Source: Clostridia bacterium
GTDB taxonomy: Bacteria; Bacillota; Clostridia; Christensenellales; CAG-138
NCBI GenBank assembly: GCA_017435905.1
Contig: JAFSEB010000032.1
Coordinates: 16,640 to 80,639 of the forward strand
Length of the DNA: 64,000 nucleotides
Direction: 5' to 3'
The position numbers were made by a program, and so were the translations under genes. The notes under the pieces are model-generated. The model was given only the letters and a program-made list of their open reading frames with translations, had not been told where the DNA came from and did no database searches. Positions 26,967 to 34,113 of this stretch are shown here, one piece after another; positions within the stretch are counted from its first letter, which is position 1; each line of letters opens with the position of its first letter.

Positions 26967-27735
26967 CGCCTTTCTCTTTGGGTGCGATAAACAGCCCCGT
27001 TTCCGTCTCGATCAGCGATGCTTTGACGCCGTAAAGCGTTTCAAGCAGCATGGGGGTGATCACTTCCCCCGGTGCGCCGCAGGCACACACTTCGCCGCCG
27101 TTCAGCGCAAGCACCCTGTCCGCATAAAACAGCGCATGCTGCGGATTGTGGGTGGAGATCATGATGCTGTAGCCGCTGTCCGCAAGGGTGCGCACACGCT
27201 GCAGCACCCGTGCCTGATTGCCGTAATCAAGGCTTGAAGTAGGTTCATCCATCAAAAGGATCTCTGCCCGCTGTGCCAGCGCACGGGCAATGAGCACCAG
27301 CTGCTGCTCGCCCCCCGAAAGCTTCGACACCGTTTTCTCCTTCAGGTGTGCGATGCCCACCGCCTCCATGGCTTCCTGCGCCCACATGTGCTGGGTCTTT
27401 CCCGGGCTTGAAAAGGGGGAAAGGGCATGTGCCGTTCCCATCAGCACGGTCTCTTCCACCGAATAGGGAAAGGCGTGAGCGTGCACCTGCGGAATGTAGG
27501 CAATGCGTGATGCAAGAGCACGGGGCGAGAGCTTCGCCGCATCCTGCCCATCCACCGTGACGGTCCCGCTGTACTTTCTTTCCATGCCGAGCATACAGCG
27601 AAACAGCGTGCTTTTGCCTGCCCCGTTGGGGCCAAGCACCGCCAGCAGTTCGCCCTTTTCAAGGCAAAAGCTCACATCCCTGAGCACGGGCACACTGCCG
27701 TATGCAAAATGCAGTTTTGATACCGCAATGCTCAC
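26950..27735 (-). CDS. ABC transporter ATP-binding protein (FecE/BtuD-like)
   Basis: 261 aa from a GTG that overlaps the permease TGA (GTGA). Walker A GPNGAGKST, signature LSGGEQQ and Walker B LLMDEP. The longer track ORF (to 28188) runs antisense-out-of-frame through the permease gene. Confidence 0.88.
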   Translation of the reverse strand: MSIAVSKLHFAYGSVPVLRDVSFCLEKGELLAVLGPNGAGKSTLFRCMLGMERKYSGTVTVDGQDAAKLSPRALASRIAYIPQVHAHAFPYSVEETVLMGTAHALSPFSSPGKTQHMWAQEAMEAVGIAHLKEKTVSKLSGGEQQLVLIARALAQRAEILLMDEPTSSLDYGNQARVLQRVRTLADSGYSIMISTHNPQHALFYADRVLALNGGEVCACGAPGEVITPMLLETLYGVKASLIETETGLFIAPKEKGGEERV

Positions 27736-28811
27736 AGCGTTTTCTCCTTTCTGAAAAGAAGATAGATAAAGAAGGGGGCGCCCACAAAGGCGGTCAGAAT
27801 GCCGATGGGGATCTCCACCGCAAGAAGATTGCGTGAAATGTTGTCCGTAATCAGCAGAAATACTGCCCCGAGCAGCATGGATGCCGGCAGAAGCTGCCTG
27901 TAGTTGCTGCCCACAAGTTTTCTTGCAAAGTGCGGGATCACAAGCCCCACCCAGCCGATCATGCCGGCAAGGGAAATGCTTGCGGCGGTAATAAGCGTTG
28001 CGCTGCCGATCACCGCCAGGCGGAGAAGGTTCGTATTGATGCCGAGGGAACGGGCTTCCTCCTCCCCGAAGGTGAGGATGTTGATGCGCCAGCGAAGAAG
28101 CAGCAGTATCAGCGCACCGATGCACATGGGCACGGCGGCGGAGGCGATATCCTGCAGCCGCATGCCGGAAAGGCTGCCCATCAGCCAATAGGTGATGGCA
28201 GGCAGCTGGTTGTTGGGGTCGGCAACGAGTTTAATATAGGAAGTGCCTGCGGAAAACAGGGAGCTGAGCATGATGCCCCCGAGAATGAGGTTCATCACCC
28301 GGCTGCCCGGCGCACGCAGGGAGATCAGGTACACAAGTAACACCGTCAAAAGGCTCATCCCAAACGCAAGCGCCGTGATGCCCCTTGAAGAAAATGCCAG
28401 CAGGATGGCGAGCGCCGCACCGAAGGATGCGCCGGAGGAAGCGCCCAGCACATCGGGAGATGCCATGGGATTCTGAAACACACCCTGATAGGCAGCCCCT
28501 GCCGCACTCAGGCAGGCGCCTACCATGGCGGCTGCAAGGATCCTCGGCAGGCGGATATTGATGACCACTGCCTCCGCCTGTTCCGTCCACGGCCTCGTTT
28601 CGGGCAGGAACGCCGCCCCTTCTCCAAAGATGGCAATGAGCGCTTTTTCCGCAGGTTCCGCTGTGCGCAGCGCAAGGATGCCTGCCACTTCGCCTGCGGA
28701 AGCGCCATAGCGCCCGAAAAGAAAGGATGATGCAAGCACGGCAAAAAGCAGCAGCGAAAGCAGCAGAAGCGTGCGCTTTGTATGATGTTGTAATGCCGAT
28801 TTTTCTTTCAT
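27732..28811 (-). CDS. FecCD/BtuC-family ABC permease (type II importer)
   Basis: 359-aa polytopic protein with RLPR.L.A..VGA.L..AG...Q and other FecCD hallmarks. Confidence 0.88.
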   Translation of the reverse strand: MKEKSALQHHTKRTLLLLSLLLFAVLASSFLFGRYGASAGEVAGILALRTAEPAEKALIAIFGEGAAFLPETRPWTEQAEAVVINIRLPRILAAAMVGACLSAAGAAYQGVFQNPMASPDVLGASSGASFGAALAILLAFSSRGITALAFGMSLLTVLLVYLISLRAPGSRVMNLILGGIMLSSLFSAGTSYIKLVADPNNQLPAITYWLMGSLSGMRLQDIASAAVPMCIGALILLLLRWRINILTFGEEEARSLGINTNLLRLAVIGSATLITAASISLAGMIGWVGLVIPHFARKLVGSNYRQLLPASMLLGAVFLLITDNISRNLLAVEIPIGILTAFVGAPFFIYLLFRKEKTL

Positions 28812-28822
28812 GATGTGTACCG

Positions 28823-28883
28823 TTGTTTTTTCAAAAGGATAACGTTATAATGCAATTATAGCAAATCGCATTTTTGATGTAAA
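28823..28883. promoter_or_regulatory. Back-to-back divergent promoters for yqeC-yqeB and the ABC/XdhC operon
   Basis: Plus strand: TTGTTT (28823-28828), 17-nt spacer, TATAAT (28846-28851). Minus strand: TTTACA (28878-28883), 17-nt spacer, TATAAT (28855-28860). Flanking inverted repeat GGATAACG (28837-28844) / CGTTATCC (28885-28892). Confidence 0.45.
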
Positions 28884-28912
28884 GCGTTATCCATAGAAAA
28901 GAATAACGACAT

Positions 28913-29647
28913 ATGTACATGGAGGTGTCTTCCGTGTCTTTTTCCTTACCATTTCACCTGCCAAAGGTTGTCTCACTCATCGGCGGCGGCGGCAAAACAA
29001 CGCTGTTATACCTTTTGGGGCGTTCCCTTGCGCAAAGCGGCGCTGCTGTGCTGTTGACCACTACCACCCACCTCGGCTTTCCGCCGCCCGATGGCGTTCC
29101 CTTCTTTTCGCCTGCATCGCAGGAAGAGCTTTGCGAAGCTGCAGAAAAGGGAAAAGCCATCCTTGCCGCCTTCCCTGCCCTTCGGGGCAAGGTGCAGGGC
29201 ATTCCCAACGAATGGTTCCGCCCTGCCATGGCGGCATATGACTATATTCTGATCGAAGCGGACGGTTCACGGAACCTGCCCCTCAAGTGGCACCACAGCC
29301 ACGAGCCCTGCATTCCGCCCGAAACAGAGCTGCTCATTCAGCTTTCGGGGCTTTCCGCCCTCGGCAAACGGGCTGAGGATGTGCTGCACAGGCAGCCTTC
29401 CTCCTTCCTTGCAAAAGACCGCATCATCACCGCAGAGGATATTGCGGCGCTGCAGATGCGTGCCTATGCCCACACCGGTTTTCCGGGAAGGAAGATCAGC
29501 CTTCTCAACCAGGCGGACACGGCGGCGCTTGAGGCGAAAGGCAGGCACATCGCCGCACTTTTGGCAGAAGAAAAAACAGATGCTTACACCTGTGCGCTCC
29601 AAAGGCACGGTCTTCAATTTAACGGAAAGGATGTGTTCCCATGCTGA
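28913..29647 (+). CDS. yqeC: YqeC-family selenium-dependent molybdenum hydroxylase accessory protein
   Basis: GGGGKTT P-loop-like motif near the N-terminus, about 240 aa, ..IEADGS.. segment. The start is ambiguous: ATG 28913, ATG 28919, or GTG 28934 with GGAGG 8 nt upstream. Confidence 0.75.
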   Translation: MYMEVSSVSFSLPFHLPKVVSLIGGGGKTTLLYLLGRSLAQSGAAVLLTTTTHLGFPPPDGVPFFSPASQEELCEAAEKGKAILAAFPALRGKVQGIPNEWFRPAMAAYDYILIEADGSRNLPLKWHHSHEPCIPPETELLIQLSGLSALGKRAEDVLHRQPSSFLAKDRIITAEDIAALQMRAYAHTGFPGRKISLLNQADTAALEAKGRHIAALLAEEKTDAYTCALQRHGLQFNGKDVFPC

Positions 29648-30435
29648 TCCTGATTCGGGGCGCAGGCGATCTTGCAACGGGCGTTGCGCTGCGCCTGCAC
29701 CGCTGCGGCTTTTCCATTATCATGACAGAGCTTCCTGCCCCCACCGCCGTGCGCCGCACGGTCGCTTTTTCAGAGGCCATGTACACGGGCTGCACCACCG
29801 TGGAGGATGTAACGGTATGCCGTGCGGAGGACGACCTTGCCGTGCGTGCCGCGCTTCAAAAGGGCGTTCCTGCGCTGATCGCCGATCCCGACGGCACTGC
29901 CATTTGCCGGTTCCGCCCGGATGTGGTGGTGGATGCCCGCATTGCCAAGCGCAATATCGATACCCGCATCGACGATGCGCCCCTTGTGATCGCCCTCGGC
30001 CCGGGCTTCACCGCAGGCGTCGACTGCCATGCGGTGGTGGAGACCATGCGCGGGCATACCCTCGGCCGCTGCATTTATGAAGGCAGCGCCCTGCCCAACA
30101 CCGGCATCCCCGGCAACGTGGGCGGCTTCACGAAGGAACGGGTGCTGTATACCCCTGCAGAGGGCATCTTCCATCCCCACCGAAAGATCGGCGACACCGT
30201 TGCCGCCGGCGACACGGTGGCAGATGTGGACGGTGTGCCCCTCCCTGCAACCATTGGCGGCTGCCTGCGGGGTCTGCTGCCGGAAGGGATATCCGTACCC
30301 AAGGGCATGAAAGCCGGCGATATCGATGCACGCTGCGATGTTTCCCACTGCTTCACCGTTTCCGACAAGGCGCTTTCCATCGGCGGCGGCGTGCTTGAGG
30401 CCATCCTGCACCGCCGGGCCTTCGGGAATCCTTGA
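29641..30435 (+). CDS. yqeB: YqeB-family selenium-dependent molybdenum cofactor/hydroxylase system protein
   Basis: 264 aa starting MLILIRGAGDLATGVA.RL...GF. It overlaps yqeC by 7 nt. The length and N-terminal Rossmann-like GxGDxxxG match the YqeB family as I remember it. Confidence 0.7.
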   Translation: MLILIRGAGDLATGVALRLHRCGFSIIMTELPAPTAVRRTVAFSEAMYTGCTTVEDVTVCRAEDDLAVRAALQKGVPALIADPDGTAICRFRPDVVVDARIAKRNIDTRIDDAPLVIALGPGFTAGVDCHAVVETMRGHTLGRCIYEGSALPNTGIPGNVGGFTKERVLYTPAEGIFHPHRKIGDTVAAGDTVADVDGVPLPATIGGCLRGLLPEGISVPKGMKAGDIDARCDVSHCFTVSDKALSIGGGVLEAILHRRAFGNP

Positions 30436-30460
30436 AAAATCGCTGAAACTGTGGTATAAT
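30432..30460 (+). promoter_or_regulatory. Strong sigma-A promoter with an extended -10
   Basis: TTGAAA (30432-30437), a 17-nt spacer, then TGgTATAAT (30452-30460). Confidence 0.7.
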
Positions 30461-30495
30461 CAAAGCAAATCAAAAGAAAGGAAGGTGGATAGTAC

Positions 30496-30549
30496 ATGAA
30501 GATGACGCACATTGCACACAGCCGGAAGCACTGTCCGCCTGCAGCCTGA
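30496..30549 (+). CDS. Candidate 17-codon leader peptide MKMTHIAHSRKHCPPAA
   Basis: AAAGGAAGGTGG RBS lies 7 nt upstream. The ORF sits between the promoter and a terminator, and its codons 9-12 form one arm of an alternative helix. Confidence 0.35.
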   Translation: MKMTHIAHSRKHCPPAA

Positions 30550-30573
30550 TTTGCTCAGGTATTTTGGTGAACC

Positions 30574-30605
30574 ACGCTTCCGGCACACACCGGAAGCGTT
30601 TTTTG
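30574..30605 (+). terminator. Rho-independent terminator or attenuator
   Basis: ACGCTTCCGG (30574-30583) pairs with CCGGAAGCGT (30590-30599) around the loop CACACA, followed by T6. Confidence 0.8.
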
Positions 30606-30633
30606 TATATGCATGTTTTGAAAGGAGAAAAAA

Positions 30634-30825
30634 ATGAAACAGCAGTTTATCCCGAGAGAGAAGCTCAGCAAGAAAGCCCGTAAGGAGCTGGACCGTGAAC
30701 AGCGGCAGACCTGGGGCATCAACCCCGTAAGCCGCAAGAGTGAAAACAAAAAGCACTACAACAGAAAAAGATCCCGCTTCACGCCGGATGACGGCGAAAG
30801 CGGGATCTTTTCTTTTGCTGCATAA
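30634..30825 (+). CDS. Small, highly basic hypothetical protein (63 aa)
   Basis: GAAAGGAGAAAAAA RBS directly upstream. K/R-rich translation (MKQQFIPREKLSKKARKELDREQRQTWG..). Confidence 0.6.
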   Translation: MKQQFIPREKLSKKARKELDREQRQTWGINPVSRKSENKKHYNRKRSRFTPDDGESGIFSFAA

Positions 30826-30849
30826 AAGGAAACGGTGCGATCGGTCAGC

Positions 30850-32781
30850 CTATCGCCGCTTTCCGCTGCGCTTTTCGGTTTTCCCCTTTGTGTTCTGCGC
30901 CTTTTTGGCACCCTGCTGTGTGCGCTTTGCGCCCTCCGGCTTTTTCGCCTGCGGCGGCGGCACCGTCTTGGGCGGCACCAGCGCATTCTTGCCAAAGCCC
31001 ACAAGGTCTTCCCTGCCGGCCTTCAGCAGCGCAGCCCTTGCAAGGTCACGGTACTGGGGCAGGAAATACTGCATCAGCGCACGCTGCATGGCCTTTTCGC
31101 CGGGGCTTTTTGGCACATACACCTTTTCGCCGGTGCGTGGGTCAAAGCCCACATGGTACATGCAGGTGGAAAGCGTACCGGGGGTAGGATAGAAGTCCTG
31201 CACCTGCTCGGGTCTGTGCCCCGTGCGCTTCAGGTATTCCGCCAGTTCAATGGCGGCTTCAAGGTCGCTGCCCGGGTGGGAGGACATCAGATAAGGCACG
31301 ATGTACTGCTCCTTACCCATGTTGCGGTTGAGCTGCATATACTTCGCCACAAACCGCTCGTAAAGGGCGTTGGAAGGCTTGCCCATCAGCCGCAGTACCC
31401 TGTCGCTGACATGCTCCGGCGCCACCTTCAGCTGTCCGGACACATGGTTTTTGATGAGCGCACGCAGGAATGCATCGCTCTTATCGTACATCACATAATC
31501 GTAGCGAATGCCGGAGCGGACGAACACTTTCTTCACACCGGGCACGGCGGAAAGCTTTTCAAGCAGCGCAATATAATCCCGGTGGTCTACCTCAAGGTTC
31601 TTGCAATGCTCAAAGCCGAGGCACTGCCTGTCCGCACAGACGCCGCTTTTGAGCTGCTTTTTACAGGCAGGCTGCCTGAAATTCGCCGTGGGGCCGCCCA
31701 CATCGTGGATATTGCCCTTGAAATCCGGCTGTTCCGTGAGCAGCTTTGCCTCCCTGATAAGCGAAGCATGGCTTCTGGCGCTGATGACCCTGCCCTGATG
31801 GAAGGTGAGGGCGCAGAAGGAGCATGCGCCGAAACAGCCGCGGCAGGATGTCAAAGAGAACTTGATCTCAAACAGCGCCGGGATCTCTTTTTGATAGGAA
31901 GGATGGGGCTGCCTTGTATAGGGAAGCTCATATACCGCATCAAGCTCCTCCGTGGTCAGAGGCGCTGCCGGCGGATTCACCACAAGGAAGCTGTCCCCGT
32001 GGGGCTGCACGAGCCGCTTGCCCCGAATGGAATCCTGCTCCCTGTACTGTGCCATAAAGGCGGAGGCGTAGGCTTTTTTATCCTTCGCCACGGTCTCGTA
32101 GCTTTCAATAAGCTTGTATTCGTAGACCCGTTCAAGGGAGTGGGTCATGTAGGCGGTGCCGGGAATGTAGGTGATATCGGAAGCCGCAAGACCGCCTGCA
32201 AGTGCATCCGCCACCTCCACGATCTGCTTTTCGCCCATGCCGTAAAGGAGCAGATCCGCTCCGGCATCGGAAAGGATGCTGCGGCGCACCTTATCATCCC
32301 AATAATCGTAATGGGCAAAGCGGCGAAGGCTCGCTTCGATACCGCCGATGATGACAGGCACGCCCCTGTACGCTTCCCTGGCCCGGTTTGCATAGACGAT
32401 CGTCGCCCTGTCGGGGCGCTTTCCTGCTTCGCCGCCCGGTGTATACGCATCGCTTGAGCGGCGTTTTTTTGCGGCGGTATAGTGGTTCACCATGGAATCG
32501 ATATTGCCGGCGCTGATGAGGAATGCAAGGCGTGGCTTGCCGAGGCGTTTGAAATCTTCCGCACTGTGCCAATCCGGCTGGGAAATGATGCCCACCGTGT
32601 AGCCGTGGCTTTCAAGTACCCGGCTGATGATGGCAGGGCCAAAGCTCGGGTGATCCACATACGCATCCCCTATGATATACACAAAATCAAGCTGTTCAAT
32701 GTCCCTTTCACGCAGTTCCGCTGCGCTCATGGGCACGAAGCGTGATGTGTCGATGTGCTTTTCCCTTGCTTTGTATGCCAT
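30850..32781 (-). CDS. ygiQ: YgiQ-family radical SAM protein (UPF0313)
   Basis: 643 aa. The N-terminal D.V...[24 protein letters not shown] pattern, the [12 protein letters not shown] cluster motif and the Lys/Pro-rich tail match the family. Confidence 0.88.
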   Translation of the reverse strand: MAYKAREKHIDTSRFVPMSAAELRERDIEQLDFVYIIGDAYVDHPSFGPAIISRVLESHGYTVGIISQPDWHSAEDFKRLGKPRLAFLISAGNIDSMVNHYTAAKKRRSSDAYTPGGEAGKRPDRATIVYANRAREAYRGVPVIIGGIEASLRRFAHYDYWDDKVRRSILSDAGADLLLYGMGEKQIVEVADALAGGLAASDITYIPGTAYMTHSLERVYEYKLIESYETVAKDKKAYASAFMAQYREQDSIRGKRLVQPHGDSFLVVNPPAAPLTTEELDAVYELPYTRQPHPSYQKEIPALFEIKFSLTSCRGCFGACSFCALTFHQGRVISARSHASLIREAKLLTEQPDFKGNIHDVGGPTANFRQPACKKQLKSGVCADRQCLGFEHCKNLEVDHRDYIALLEKLSAVPGVKKVFVRSGIRYDYVMYDKSDAFLRALIKNHVSGQLKVAPEHVSDRVLRLMGKPSNALYERFVAKYMQLNRNMGKEQYIVPYLMSSHPGSDLEAAIELAEYLKRTGHRPEQVQDFYPTPGTLSTCMYHVGFDPRTGEKVYVPKSPGEKAMQRALMQYFLPQYRDLARAALLKAGREDLVGFGKNALVPPKTVPPPQAKKPEGAKRTQQGAKKAQNTKGKTEKRSGKRR

Positions 32782-32799
32782 AAATCTTCTTCCCGATTC

Positions 32800-33132
32800 T
32801 TATTTGTGCTGCGGTACCACCGCAAAGAAGCAAAGATCCTCTTCCCCGTCGTTGATGAAGCTGTGCCTGTGACCTTTTTCGCAGTAATGGCAAAGACCGG
32901 GTACAAGCCGCTCTTCCCCATCATCGTAAAGCATTTTGCCGCTGCCTTCAAGCACGTAGATGATCTCACTGGAGGTCTCATGGGTATGCATGCCGATGGA
33001 GGCGCCGGGAATGAGCCGGCCGAAAAGGATGCGGTTGTTTTTATCGGTGATCATTTTGGCACGGAATTCCTTCTCGCCGCCGTTGAAGTTTTTAAGGACG
33101 GTAACATCCGTTTGGTTGAAATCGATGAGCAT
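32800..33132 (-). CDS. Cupin-domain protein
   Basis: 110 aa with G..IGMHTHE....IYVLEG.G and H.....G cupin motifs. Confidence 0.8.
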   Translation of the reverse strand: MLIDFNQTDVTVLKNFNGGEKEFRAKMITDKNNRILFGRLIPGASIGMHTHETSSEIIYVLEGSGKMLYDDGEERLVPGLCHYCEKGHRHSFINDGEEDLCFFAVVPQHK

Positions 33133-33156
33133 GGTATTGTTTCCTTTCTGAAACGG

Positions 33157-34059
33157 TCATGAAAGTTTCGTTTTTCGCTCCGCACGGCGGTCAAAAAGCG
33201 CATTGAGGGAAAGGCCCAGCACCGCAAAGGCGCCGCCGATCCACTCCTGGAAAGAGCCGCCGCTGCCTGCAAGCATATCGAGCACGAGCCCTGTAAAGAT
33301 CTGCCCGATGAACAGGATGAGCGTGAGCCTGAAAGCGGACATCCGGGGCGAAATATAGTTCTGTGCACTGACGGTCACAACGCCCATCAGGCCGCCGGTA
33401 AACGCCCACAGAGGAAGCCCCTGCCAGTTCGGCACAGGCGAAGCCCCAAGGGGAACGGAAACGAGCAGCACAACGGCAGAGACCAAAAGCCCCACAGAAT
33501 AATTATACCACGTGCTGACAAAAAGCGTTGTTCTTTTTGCAAGCAGCGCATTGAATATCCTCGAAAACACGATGGCAACGCCTGTCAGCAAAGATAACAG
33601 AACCGCCAATACATCCGCCTTTGCGCCGTAAAGCATGGCAGCGATACCGAGGGATGTGCACACAAGGCCGATGAGCTTTGCCTTGTCAAAGCGCTTCACC
33701 GGCATGTGAAGAAGGCCGAACTGATCCACAAGAAGGCTTGTGACGGTTTGCCCGAAAAGGCTCAGCGCCACCATGGCGCTGACGCTGATGCCCCTTGCAA
33801 AGGCAAGGTTGTTGGTGACAACGGTGATGACGCCGATGGCGCCGCCAAGAAACACCGCAGGATGGATGCCTTTTACCGCAAACAGCTTTTCCTTACGGGA
33901 AAGCGCAATGGCAGTTGTGGGGATGATGCCCACGATGTGGATGAGCACCGTGGAAAGATACGGCCCGATGGCATTGGAAAGGGTGCCGTTCACCGGTGCC
34001 ATGGCGGTAAAGAGCACCGATGAAAGGAAGGACAGAATGTATTTCAGCATATGATCCAA
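33157..34059 (-). CDS. DMT-superfamily transporter with two DUF606/YdcZ-like halves
   Basis: 300 aa with about 10 hydrophobic segments and a VDQFGLL segment reminiscent of DUF606. The track start is TTG (34059). ATG at 34050 is an alternative, and neither has a good RBS. Confidence 0.7.
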   Translation of the reverse strand: MDHMLKYILSFLSSVLFTAMAPVNGTLSNAIGPYLSTVLIHIVGIIPTTAIALSRKEKLFAVKGIHPAVFLGGAIGVITVVTNNLAFARGISVSAMVALSLFGQTVTSLLVDQFGLLHMPVKRFDKAKLIGLVCTSLGIAAMLYGAKADVLAVLLSLLTGVAIVFSRIFNALLAKRTTLFVSTWYNYSVGLLVSAVVLLVSVPLGASPVPNWQGLPLWAFTGGLMGVVTVSAQNYISPRMSAFRLTLILFIGQIFTGLVLDMLAGSGGSFQEWIGGAFAVLGLSLNALFDRRAERKTKLS

Positions 34060-34113
34060 GCGAAGGGGAGCCTTCCGCCCAAAGTGACGGAAGGCTTCCC
34101 GATCAGTTTATGT

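Noticed and set aside
27736-28188. Upstream extension of the ABC ATPase ORF in the track (26950-28188).
   Set aside because: It overlaps the FecCD permease gene in another frame. GTG at 27735 overlaps the permease stop (GTGA) and gives a normal 261-aa ATPase.
28812-28912. A cobalamin riboswitch upstream of the BtuCD/FecCD-type importer.
   Set aside because: Only 101 nt are available between the divergent start codons, which is far too short for a cobalamin riboswitch of about 200 nt. I see no B12-box-like sequence.
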